64,000 nt of DNA from an uncultured Enterobacteriaceae bacterium (GTDB lineage: Bacteria; Pseudomonadota; Gammaproteobacteria; Eutrophobiales; Eutrophobiaceae), in the NCBI GenBank assembly GCA_964479045.1, contig CAYZJI010000012.1, positions 9,321 to 73,320 on the forward strand, written 5' to 3'. This document shows positions 9,242 through 17,742 of this stretch, in pieces. A program made the translations under genes and the position numbers. The notes beneath the pieces were generated by a model that saw only the letters and a program-made list of their open reading frames with translations, did no database searches and was not told the DNA's origin. Position 1 is the first letter of the stretch; each line of letters opens with the position of its first letter.

Positions 9242-10015
9242 TTACATCAGTTCAACGGGAACCAACGGTAAAGATTCGAATCCCGGTCTGGCAAACAGAT
9301 AACCCTGGTATAGATCTATACCCGCATCAGACAGCCAGTGATATTCTTCCCGCTTTTTAATCCCTTCTGCCAAGATTCCTATCCCCAGTTCAGTACAGGT
9401 TGTGATGATGCCGCGTACGATAGATTGTCTGGCGGGTCTCTCATGTATGTTCATCACCAGCAAGCGATCAAGCTTGATGTAATCAGGCTGGAACTCGGCC
9501 AGCAGATTCAGCCCGGAATAGCCTGCGCCAAAATCATCAATTGAAGTGGTGAATCCGAGTTTCTGATAGGTTTTGATAATATTTGCCAGGTGAGCATGAT
9601 CCTTTATTTTTTCTATTTCCGTAATCTCGAAAGTAATACGCTCAATGGGAAACTTGTATTCGTCAGCTGCCCGTAAAGTTGTCCGTATACAAAGCTCGGG
9701 TTTGTAGATGGCGTTCGGAGTAAAATTAATGTTCAGGTTGCACTTCAGGTCCAGACGGGAAGCCAGATGAATGGCCTTGACCCGGCAATACTGGTCAAAT
9801 CTGTAAAGGTTTTCTTCATTGACGTGGTTGAAGATACTGGCGGCTGGTTCATTATTAAGTCCACGCACCAGCGCCTCATAAGAAATTATTGTTTTGTTTT
9901 TCCTGCTGATAATCGGCTGAAATGCAAAGCTGAAATCAAACCCAAGATTTTCCGCATTGATGCATTGCCGGCAGGTAATATCTTCAAATTCTTTGATTGT
10001 CCACTTTTTGTCCAT
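9242..10015 (-). CDS. Stand-alone EAL-domain c-di-GMP phosphodiesterase
   Basis: FAFQPI, YEALVR, NINF, FEITE, DDFGAGYS, IKLD, AEG and QGY motifs; short N-terminal CRQC extension. Confidence 0.92.
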   Translation of the reverse strand: MDKKWTIKEFEDITCRQCINAENLGFDFSFAFQPIISRKNKTIISYEALVRGLNNEPAASIFNHVNEENLYRFDQYCRVKAIHLASRLDLKCNLNINFTPNAIYKPELCIRTTLRAADEYKFPIERITFEITEIEKIKDHAHLANIIKTYQKLGFTTSIDDFGAGYSGLNLLAEFQPDYIKLDRLLVMNIHERPARQSIVRGIITTCTELGIGILAEGIKKREEYHWLSDAGIDLYQGYLFARPGFESLPLVPVELM

Positions 10016-10136
10016 ATTGGAATTGCAGGTTAATACTAGGATAATACATGTATGATGATATTAACAAATTATTACATACAACACTGAAGATGGCGAACCG
10101 GGTGTTAACAAGGCATGAAAACAGAGGATTCCGCAG

Positions 10137-10556
10137 ATGAAGCAACTCGTATATATAAGCAAGGCCAGTATTCCGTTTACACCGGAAAGCATAAAAGAAC
10201 TGACAGAATCATCCAATAAAAATAACAGAAGGATCGGGGTTACAGGCTGCATGGTATATGCCTCCGGCTTTTTTCTGCAATTGCTTGAAGGGGACAGCGA
10301 AGATGTTGATAACCTTTACCGGAAAATACAAAAGGACAGCAGGCACAAAAACACTAAAATACTGATCGAGAATGAAGTGGAAGAAAACAAACGCCTTTAT
10401 GACAGATGGTTCATGTCATCTTTTAATCTGGACGCATCTGTTGATTTTCCTGAAGACCTGAAAAAAAGCATTATTGGCATTATCAATGGTAATAATACCA
10501 CGTCAATTCCCGTGCACAGGATTTTTATGGAATTCCGGAAATATCTTGCCAGTTAA
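10137..10556 (+). CDS. Stand-alone BLUF blue-light sensor
   Basis: LVYIS (Tyr), N..IGVTG, FLQLLEG (Gln), RH and WFM (Trp/Met) conserved BLUF residues. Confidence 0.9.
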   Translation: MKQLVYISKASIPFTPESIKELTESSNKNNRRIGVTGCMVYASGFFLQLLEGDSEDVDNLYRKIQKDSRHKNTKILIENEVEENKRLYDRWFMSSFNLDASVDFPEDLKKSIIGIINGNNTTSIPVHRIFMEFRKYLAS

Positions 10557-10569
10557 ACAGGAAACTATC

Positions 10570-10791
10570 TCAAAAATTTTTTATCAGGATCAGTCTGGTG
10601 GCAAGCCGCACAAAACCGGAAAAGTTATGTGCATAATACTCCCATAACACCAAAGGCCGTCGTTGCGCCCCCGTATTCAGAATCCACAACACGCCTCTCA
10701 GCACAGCGGCAGTGCCGGTTTGCGGCCCGGCCGATTTTTCAGGAATATTTTCTCCGGAAAGCGATTCGGACCCGTTTCCTTTGGTCATCAT
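10570..10791 (-). pseudogene. IS5-family transposase N-terminal remnant
   Basis: IPEKSAGPQTGTAAVLRGVLWILNTGAQRRPL resembles the IS5 N-terminal motif (VLNGILWILRTGAQWR); similarity then decays. Confidence 0.6.
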
Positions 10792-10879
10792 GCAGCCGTG
10801 AAATGCTGCAAATTATACGTGTGTTCAGAAATTTATATGGTTTTGCGACAGATTCAAGAGGCGAGAGTCTGTAATGAAT

Positions 10880-10956
10880 TGGTGGCTATGGGTAGACTCG
10901 AACTACCGACCTCAGCATTATGAGTGCCGCGCTCTAACCGGCTGAGCTACATAGCC
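10880..10956 (-). tRNA. tRNA-Met (elongator, CAT)
   Basis: GGCTATGTAGCTCAGCCGGTTAGAGCGCGGCACTCATAATGCTGAGGTCGGTAGTTCGAGTCTACCCATAGCCACCA; 77-nt cloverleaf, paired G1-C72, encoded CCA, acceptor stem like elongator tRNA-Met. Confidence 0.93.
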
Positions 10957-11036
10957 ATGATGGCCAAAAAATGGGAAGCGGGATTGTCGTGACTGAGGGC
11001 CGGTTTGTCAAGGTTCCGGCAGTATTGAAGAACGTT

Positions 11037-11672
11037 TCAGCGGGTGCCAAACACCACAATAGTTTTGCCAGCCACGGAAATGAGGTGATCTTCTTCCAGG
11101 CTCTTTAACACGCGCCCGACCATCTCCCGGGAACAGCCGACGATTCGGCCCAGTTCCTGGCGGGTGATTTTAATCTGCATACCGTCCGGATGGGTCATGG
11201 CATCCGGTTCCTTGCAAAGATCCAGCAGGGTACGGGCAACCCGGCCCTGTACGTCAGTAAAGGCCAGATCACGGACCTTGGAGCTGGTCTTGCGCAGCCG
11301 GATGGCAAGCTGTGAAGCAATTGAAAAGAGCAGATCCGGAAATATCGATTGCAGGGATTTGAGCCGTTCATAGCTGATCTTGGCTATTTCACACTTGGAC
11401 TTGGCGCGGACATACGCTGTGCGCTTGTGGCTGTCATCGAATAGCCCGATTTCACCAAAGAAATCACCGGGATTTAGATAGGCCAGAACGATTTCCCGGC
11501 CCCTCGGATCTTCAACCTGGACCGTTACCGAGCCACTGATGATGTAATACAGCTCGGCGCTCGGGTCGCCTTCCTTGATGATCACGCTTTTGGCGGGATA
11601 CTGTTTCTGGTGGCAATGTTCAAGAAACCTCGAAATCAGCGTGTTTTGATCGCGTGCCATTATCGTCGCCAT
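11037..11672 (-). CDS. crp: cAMP receptor protein CRP/Vfr
   Basis: GDFFGEIGLF, RTAYVRAK, THPDGMQIKITRQELGRIVGCSREMVGRVLK; start 11672 chosen by RBS and length. Confidence 0.96.
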   Translation of the reverse strand: MATIMARDQNTLISRFLEHCHQKQYPAKSVIIKEGDPSAELYYIISGSVTVQVEDPRGREIVLAYLNPGDFFGEIGLFDDSHKRTAYVRAKSKCEIAKISYERLKSLQSIFPDLLFSIASQLAIRLRKTSSKVRDLAFTDVQGRVARTLLDLCKEPDAMTHPDGMQIKITRQELGRIVGCSREMVGRVLKSLEEDHLISVAGKTIVVFGTR

Positions 11673-11778
11673 AAATCTTTTCCCCTGAATGGTAAGCCGG
11701 AGCAGTCCCCATGCCACTCCATCCTCCTCAATACTTATGTTACTCTCTTTCCCGATAGTCAACCAGTTGGAGATATTG

Positions 11779-12195
11779 ATGGAAACACAGTTACGCTGGG
11801 CCGGTGGCGCGGCATTTATCGGTTTGTCGTCAGGAGGTCACGCTGTTGTAATGGATGGCCCGCCGGAAGGCGGTGGCCGCAACCTGGGTCCAAGGCCGAT
11901 GGAAATGTTATTGCTGAGTATGGCCGCGTGCAGCGCATATGATGTGGTTTCCATCCTGCAGAAATCCAGAGAAGAGATCAGTGGATGTGATGTGAAAATT
12001 ACAGCCGAGCGTGCAGACGATCATCCCAAGGTATTTACCCGTATCCATTTGCATTTCACGGTCACAGGCAAGGCGGTGAAGGAAAAAAATGTGGAACGGG
12101 CCATCCAGTTGTCCGCCGAGAAATACTGCTCCGCCTCGATCATGCTGGGCAAGACGGCAAATATCACCCACGATTTCGAGATTGTTCAGGCCTGA
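11779..12195 (+). CDS. yhfA: OsmC-family protein (YhfA-like)
   Basis: GPRPMEMLLLSMAACSAYDV and SAEKYCSAS; divergent from crp as in enterobacteria and pseudomonads. Confidence 0.88.
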   Translation: METQLRWAGGAAFIGLSSGGHAVVMDGPPEGGGRNLGPRPMEMLLLSMAACSAYDVVSILQKSREEISGCDVKITAERADDHPKVFTRIHLHFTVTGKAVKEKNVERAIQLSAEKYCSASIMLGKTANITHDFEIVQA

Positions 12196-12839
12196 GAGTT
12201 GTTTTTGATCAGCATACCGGCCGGCCCGGTAACGATTTTGTGTATCAGGACCGGCATCCGGTTGGTATCGGTTTTGCGATAGATACGTTTCAGGTGTGTT
12301 TTTACAGTGAGCGGGCTCACATGCAGGCTTTCTGCCGCAGTATTAAGGTCAGGATACTCAATCAGTTTGGCTACCAGTTTGGCTTCAGATTTCGTCAATC
12401 CATAAAGACTGATCAGGATGTCTGTGATGGAAGTGCCCGTGCTGGCAGGGGTCTTGCCGGTTGCGGCCGGTGAGCGGGCAAGAGCAAGCTCGATAGTGGT
12501 TTTCAGATCAGTATCGCGCAGGGGCTTGTTGACGTAACCGGCGGGCGAGACAGCCTTGGCACGTTCCAGCGTGTCGGGCTCGGCGTGGGAAGTGACGAAC
12601 ACCACCGGAATGCCGAAGTGTTTCTGGATGATTTCTGCGGCGCTGATGCCATCCAGTCCCTTGCCCAGAATAATATCCATCAGGACCAGATCCGGCCGTT
12701 CTTGCTCAGTGAGGCTGAGTGCCAGATCTCCATCCATGGCAATACCGGCTGTGGCATAACCAAAGTTCTCGATATAGAGCTGCATGACTTTTGCAGTCGT
12801 CAGATCATCATCCACTATCAGGATTTTTTTTGTGCTCAT
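12186..12839 (-). CDS. Response regulator (receiver + LuxR-type HTH)
   Basis: ILIVDDD, LVLMDI, FVTS and YVNKP receiver motifs; C-terminal GLTKSEAK..LHVSPLTVKTHLKRIYRK. Confidence 0.88.
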   Translation of the reverse strand: MSTKKILIVDDDLTTAKVMQLYIENFGYATAGIAMDGDLALSLTEQERPDLVLMDIILGKGLDGISAAEIIQKHFGIPVVFVTSHAEPDTLERAKAVSPAGYVNKPLRDTDLKTTIELALARSPAATGKTPASTGTSITDILISLYGLTKSEAKLVAKLIEYPDLNTAAESLHVSPLTVKTHLKRIYRKTDTNRMPVLIHKIVTGPAGMLIKNNSQA

Positions 12840-12849
12840 ATCATGCAGT

Positions 12850-13122
12850 TCAGATCTTTCGGGGATTGTCAGCGCGCCTGATATAAAACTCGAACAGATT
12901 ACCGGACCCGGAGTATTTCACCAGTTCATGATCGGTCCGGGCACAATAGGCTTCGAAGTCAACCACAGAATGCGGATCCGTAGCCTGTACATATAATATT
13001 TGTCCGGGCTGCATCCGATTGAGGACGACCTTGGTCTTGAGTATCGGCAACGGACAGTTCAATCCCCGGGCATCCAGAGATTCATCTGCCTTGATTGTAC
13101 TGTCAGCCTGAGCCGTGTTCAC
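12850..13122 (-). CDS. tusA: TusA/SirA-family sulfur carrier
   Basis: LDARGLNCPLP and ATDPHS motifs. Confidence 0.85.
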   Translation of the reverse strand: MNTAQADSTIKADESLDARGLNCPLPILKTKVVLNRMQPGQILYVQATDPHSVVDFEAYCARTDHELVKYSGSGNLFEFYIRRADNPRKI

Positions 13123-13239
13123 ATGCGCCGCCTGTTAAGGGAAACAAGATTCTATTATATCCCCGGCACAGAATATCCCGCCAATCGACGATATTAAACC
13201 CAAGAAATCATTCCCTCGCCACCACTGTGCAAGTATGGT

Positions 13240-15216
13240 TTAGTATTCAAGACTGATACCCAGCATCACAGCACGGCCCGGCAGTGGCGCACGATCCTTG
13301 ATAAAGGAAGTGTGCCGTCGTGCGTCCTCATCGAGCAGGTTACTGGCACGTAAAAACAGTTCCCCGGAACCCGGCAGCTCACTGAAGCGGTATACAGCGC
13401 CGGTATTGAGGAGCACATAACCACCGGTTCCGGATTCAAGGCGGGCGAGATCGTCCTGTCCGAAAACATGGATGATATCCAGATCAAATTGCCAGTGACC
13501 CGGATCATAAATCAAACCGCCGCCGAGCCGTGCCGGGGAAATTCGCGGCAGATCATCACCGCCATCTCTTTCAGCGCGTACATAATCTCCAAACAACCGG
13601 AAATCGAGATTGCTGTTAAATGCATAGAGTGCCTCTGCTTCCGTGCCATAGAACAGGCTGTCTTCCTGCTGTATACCGGTCAGCAAGAGTTCGCCCGGAG
13701 CGGTCCCGGTCTCATCCACTTCATCCGCAATGCCATCAGCATTCCGATCAAGTTCATTGAGGAAAATATAATCCTGTATGTAATTCAGGAACAGGTTCAG
13801 TTTCCACGTCAGATGCCCGTTTTTCTTGTTGAAGCTGAGATCAATATTGTTTGCCGTTTCGGGTTCCAGCGCCGGATTGCCCATCTCGAATGTGCCAGTG
13901 GCGAGGTGTGGTCCGTTGGCAAAGAGTTCTTCTTCAGACGGTATGCGTTCCGATCGCGACAGTGATAACGCAAGAGAATAGCCCGGAATAAAATGCCAGT
14001 GCGTCCCGCCGGCCACGCTCCATGCGTTGTGATTGACTTCCGGTTGTCCCGAAGTACGGGTCGGCTCATACTGTTTGTATTCGTAGCGTCCGCCCAGTTC
14101 GAAATGCCAGTCACCATGATCGGATTCCTCTAGTATAAACAGGGCAAAGCCTTTGCTTTTAACTGGCTGAATGAACGCTTCGTCACCTGCAGCGGCGAAA
14201 CTGCGCAGATTGAATTGTGTGCCAAGTGAACCGGACCAGTTTGCAAGGGGAGAGTGTTGAAGTTCCATACGTCCCTCCCACTCGGCATTATCAAACGTTG
14301 TTCCCGGCGGCTCACCCGGGCCTTCAAATTCGATATGCTGATAATTATTGTGCGCGGCGCGGATACGTAAATGCTGAAATCCGGGAAGGGGACTATCCAG
14401 CATGGCCGCAAAATCAATTCGATCCTGTTCGCTTTCAATGAAAGGCAATTCATCCGGTTCCGCCGGATCGAGCGGGATTTCATGCATGGTTTCCAGACGG
14501 CCATAGGAAAATCCGAAAAAACCGCGATCAAAATGATAAGCGGCACCGAGATTCACATCTTCACTGTCATAGGCGCTATTGCGGATTTTGCCGTCAGCTG
14601 CATGGTAATCATGCGCGTTGCGGATCGTGGCATCAAAATGCAGGGCCATATCTTCAAGCCCGCCATCGGCGCGCAGAGACACCAGTTTCTCCTGATTAAC
14701 CGTGTTGTAGCGGCTGTCCAGTTTTGCTTTGAAATTTTCCGGAACATATTCCGGGATGCGTCCGGTGACGAGATTCACCAGACCGCCGGAAGCCCCGCTG
14801 CCGTAAAGCAGGGTTGAAGGGCCACGAAAGATTTCAATCTGATCTGCGCCAAAGGATTCAAGGGCCACCGGATGATCGACACTGATGGTGGACATATCCA
14901 GCGTCCCGATTCCACCCTGCAGCACCTGCACCCGCGAACCTCCCAGACCGCGAATGATCGGGCGGCTGGCAAACGGTCCGAAACCAGTGCCGGTCACCCC
15001 GGGTTGCAGGCTGAGTGTTTCTCCGATGCTGGCAGTTTTGGCTTTCTCCAGTGCTTCATCACGCAACAGACTGATGGGCTGTGCCACATGTTCAAGGCTG
15101 TCGAGTCCCGGTGGCCGTGCGGTGACCGTCATCTGCTCCAGTGTTTCCGCCTCTGCAGCACAGGTTGCGGTGTAAATAATGTTCAGCGCCAGAGTGCTGA
15201 TGAAAAAAAATTTCAT
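13240..15216 (-). CDS. znuD: TonB-dependent receptor, ZnuD-like zinc uptake
   Basis: Plug motifs (SRPIIRGLGGSRV, IEIFRGPSTLLYGSGA), SEEELFANGPHLAT, RHTSFIKD, aromatic C-terminus; divergent from zur-znuACB across a Zur box. Confidence 0.82.
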   Translation of the reverse strand: MKFFFISTLALNIIYTATCAAEAETLEQMTVTARPPGLDSLEHVAQPISLLRDEALEKAKTASIGETLSLQPGVTGTGFGPFASRPIIRGLGGSRVQVLQGGIGTLDMSTISVDHPVALESFGADQIEIFRGPSTLLYGSGASGGLVNLVTGRIPEYVPENFKAKLDSRYNTVNQEKLVSLRADGGLEDMALHFDATIRNAHDYHAADGKIRNSAYDSEDVNLGAAYHFDRGFFGFSYGRLETMHEIPLDPAEPDELPFIESEQDRIDFAAMLDSPLPGFQHLRIRAAHNNYQHIEFEGPGEPPGTTFDNAEWEGRMELQHSPLANWSGSLGTQFNLRSFAAAGDEAFIQPVKSKGFALFILEESDHGDWHFELGGRYEYKQYEPTRTSGQPEVNHNAWSVAGGTHWHFIPGYSLALSLSRSERIPSEEELFANGPHLATGTFEMGNPALEPETANNIDLSFNKKNGHLTWKLNLFLNYIQDYIFLNELDRNADGIADEVDETGTAPGELLLTGIQQEDSLFYGTEAEALYAFNSNLDFRLFGDYVRAERDGGDDLPRISPARLGGGLIYDPGHWQFDLDIIHVFGQDDLARLESGTGGYVLLNTGAVYRFSELPGSGELFLRASNLLDEDARRHTSFIKDRAPLPGRAVMLGISLEY

Positions 15217-15285
15217 AATGATCTCTCCGAATCGAGCCGGCCGTGCGAGAGACCGCACAATGCCGGCTTAAAAAAACAACCGATA

Positions 15286-15573
15286 TCAGTTAAGGAGAGT
15301 CAGGGGTGGGGCACGTATACCGTAGTGAACAGCAGGAACAGCCGGATAAACAAACCGTGTGATCGGAACATCGAACAGGAGCTCAGGAAGCGAAACTGCA
15401 TTTGCGGAAATATTTACTGCAGTTCCATGATGATGGTTCTGCAGTGTACAGACGTCACACCCGCCATCCTGTCCGGCCAGCACATGTTCTGTTGCATGCG
15501 CGAGGCCCAGCCACTGGCTCAAAACCAGCAACAGGGCCAGCGAGGTGGCCAAATGTGGGTATCGCAGACGCAT
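15286..15573 (-). CDS. DUF2946/CruR-like leader protein with CxxC-HHH and C-terminal RAPP
   Basis: N-terminal hydrophobic helix, CDVC..HHH, ends YGIRAPPLTLLN; directly upstream of the TonB receptor. Confidence 0.75.
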   Translation of the reverse strand: MRLRYPHLATSLALLLVLSQWLGLAHATEHVLAGQDGGCDVCTLQNHHHGTAVNISANAVSLPELLFDVPITRFVYPAVPAVHYGIRAPPLTLLN

Positions 15574-15578
15574 ATAAG

Positions 15579-15593
15579 TGTTATATTATAACA
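15579..15593. promoter_or_regulatory. Zur box
   Basis: Perfect 7-1-7 palindrome TGTTATA-T-TATAACA matching the gammaproteobacterial Zur consensus, between the divergent zinc genes. Confidence 0.92.
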
Positions 15594-15625
15594 TTACGTT
15601 CAGTTCAAGCGTTTAAGAGAATCTT

Positions 15626-16123
15626 ATGGCACACAATCGAGTATTAATTCCCTTTCAAAAAAGGGGGCATGCCCACAAGCATTGCCGTGATTCAGCTTTG
15701 TCAGCTGCAGAACAGACCTGTGATGCGCGTGGTGTGCGTCTCACCAAACTGCGTCGCCGGGTACTGGAATTGATCTGGAGCAGTCATGAACCGGTCAAGG
15801 CGTATGACCTGCTGAACAAACTGCGTGATGAACATGCCGGTTCAGCACCGCCGACGGTTTACCGGGCGCTGGATTTTTTGCAGGCCGAGGGAATGGTGCA
15901 CAAAATCGAGTCACTGAATGCCTATGTCGGTTGCGGTGATCCACACGAAAGCCACAACAGCCAGTTTCTGATTTGTGACAGTTGTGGGGCAGTTGCGGAA
16001 ATGGACAATGCAGAAGTGACCCAGTTACTCGCCGACAAGGCGCGCCAGTTGGGGTTTCGTATTGATTACCAGATGATTGAAATCAAGGGACTCTGTTCCA
16101 ACTGTTCGGGCACGGACCGCTGA
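15626..16123 (+). CDS. zur: Zinc uptake regulator (Fur family)
   Basis: RLTKLRRRVLEL, PPTVYRALDFL, HKIESLNAYVGC and two CxxC motifs; heads znuACB. Confidence 0.92.
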   Translation: MAHNRVLIPFQKRGHAHKHCRDSALSAAEQTCDARGVRLTKLRRRVLELIWSSHEPVKAYDLLNKLRDEHAGSAPPTVYRALDFLQAEGMVHKIESLNAYVGCGDPHESHNSQFLICDSCGAVAEMDNAEVTQLLADKARQLGFRIDYQMIEIKGLCSNCSGTDR

Positions 16124-16135
16124 AGGGACTCTTCC

Positions 16136-17011
16136 ATGCGTCGTGCTCTGTTTACTATGGTGATTGTCAGTGTGTTGTGTCTGGCCGTTGTTCCGGCTCA
16201 CGCAACCGGTGCACTTGATGTATTTGTCAGTATCTTGCCGCAGAAATATCTGCTTGAAAGGATCGGCGGTGAACAGGTACGGGTGCAGGTCATGGTGAAG
16301 CCCGGACTGAATCCCGAAACCTACGAGCCGACGCCCAGACAGATGGCAGCCTTGAGCCGCGCTGATCTGTATTTCCGTATCGCTGTGCCGTTTGAGGAGA
16401 TCTGGATTGGCAAAATCCATGATCAGAATCCAATGCTGAAAATAATTGAATGCTGTGCTGAATTAACGATCACCGATCCGCCCCCGTATGATCCCGTGAC
16501 AGGCACGGAAAGTAATATCGGAGTGGATGCCCATGTGTGGACCAGTCCGCACAATGCCAGAGTGCTGGCGCGGATTGTCCTGGAAGCCCTGACGGAAGCT
16601 GATCCGGAGCATGCGGAAAATTATCAGGTTAATTTTCACAGGTTGATAATGGATCTGGATGAACTTGATCATTTCATACAGGAGACACTTTCAGAGGTTG
16701 ATAACCGTTATTTGCTGGTGGCGCACCCGTCCTGGGGACACTTCGCAGCACAGTATGGATTGACCCAGATCGCGATAGAACGGCATGGGACCGAGGCGCG
16801 TGCCCGGCAGCTTGCGCACTTGATTGAATTTGCAAAATCAGAGCGTATTCAGTACATCTACTTGCAAAAACAGTTTGATTCTCCTGCTGCCAGAATGCTG
16901 GCCGATGCCATCGAGGCGAAACTGATAGAGCTGGATCCGCTGGCGGAAAATTATATTGAAAATCTCCGGCAGGTCGCACTCAGCATCGCGAACGCGGAAA
17001 ACCAGCCATGA
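16136..17011 (+). CDS. znuA: Zinc ABC transporter substrate-binding protein
   Basis: PETYEP, DAHVWTSP, HPSWGHFA and LDPLA cluster A-I motifs; signal peptide. Confidence 0.88.
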   Translation: MRRALFTMVIVSVLCLAVVPAHATGALDVFVSILPQKYLLERIGGEQVRVQVMVKPGLNPETYEPTPRQMAALSRADLYFRIAVPFEEIWIGKIHDQNPMLKIIECCAELTITDPPPYDPVTGTESNIGVDAHVWTSPHNARVLARIVLEALTEADPEHAENYQVNFHRLIMDLDELDHFIQETLSEVDNRYLLVAHPSWGHFAAQYGLTQIAIERHGTEARARQLAHLIEFAKSERIQYIYLQKQFDSPAARMLADAIEAKLIELDPLAENYIENLRQVALSIANAENQP

Positions 17012-17742
17012 CGGCGGCAATTGAAATCAACCAAGTCAATTTTGCCTACGATCGTGAACCGGTGCTGAGTGATATTTACCTCACGGTCACGGCGGAAGAG
17101 TTTCTCGGTGTCATTGGTCCGAATGCAGGCGGAAAAAGCACCTTGATCAAATTGATACTGGGTCTGTTAACGCCGGCGGCCGGCAGCATACGGGTGCTGG
17201 GTAAAACACCGGCGCAGGCCCGCGCGCAGATAGGTTATGTGCCACAGCATCCCACATTTTCACGCCGCGATTTTCCCATCGATGTACGCGACACTGTGTT
17301 GATGGGCCGGTTGGGGAAAGTCTCGCGCCTTGCCGGATATTCGAAGGAAGATCGGATAATCGCGGATAATGCCTTGCGCGCCGTGGAAATCCATGACATC
17401 GCCAGACGGCCGATCGGTGAATTGTCCGGCGGACAGTTACAGCGTGTGCTGATTGCGCGTGCGCTGGCCTGTCAGCCGGAAATCCTGATTCTGGATGAGC
17501 CTACCGCCAATATTGATATGCGTGCTGAGGAAGATATTTTCGGTTTGCTGAAACACTACAACGACCACATGACCATTATAGTGGTGTCGCATGATATTGG
17601 TTTCATCTCCGGTTATGTCGATCGGGTCGCGTGTCTGAACCGCAGTCTGGTCTGCCATGCCACGGATGCGATCAGCGGTAAAACCATTGAGGAGTTGTAT
17701 GGAGCGCCGGTCAGGATGATCCACCACCATCATAGTCATTGA
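17008..17742 (+). CDS. znuC: Zinc ABC transporter ATPase
   Basis: GPNAGGKS, LSGGQLQR, LDEPT; His-rich tail. Confidence 0.9.
   Translation: MTAAIEINQVNFAYDREPVLSDIYLTVTAEEFLGVIGPNAGGKSTLIKLILGLLTPAAGSIRVLGKTPAQARAQIGYVPQHPTFSRRDFPIDVRDTVLMGRLGKVSRLAGYSKEDRIIADNALRAVEIHDIARRPIGELSGGQLQRVLIARALACQPEILILDEPTANIDMRAEEDIFGLLKHYNDHMTIIVVSHDIGFISGYVDRVACLNRSLVCHATDAISGKTIEELYGAPVRMIHHHHSH

Noticed and set aside
10880-10956. Initiator tRNA-fMet or tRNA-Ile2 identity for this CAT tRNA
   Set aside because: It has a paired 1-72 position, lacks the three G-C pairs in the anticodon stem, and its GGCTA acceptor matches elongator Met.
15235-15278. Intrinsic terminator between the RAPP leader and znuD
   Set aside because: On the coding strand the U-run precedes the hairpin rather than following it.
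14872-15591. 239-aa + strand ORF spanning znuD start, leader ORF and Zur box
   Set aside because: Overlaps two better-supported minus-strand genes and starts inside znuD.
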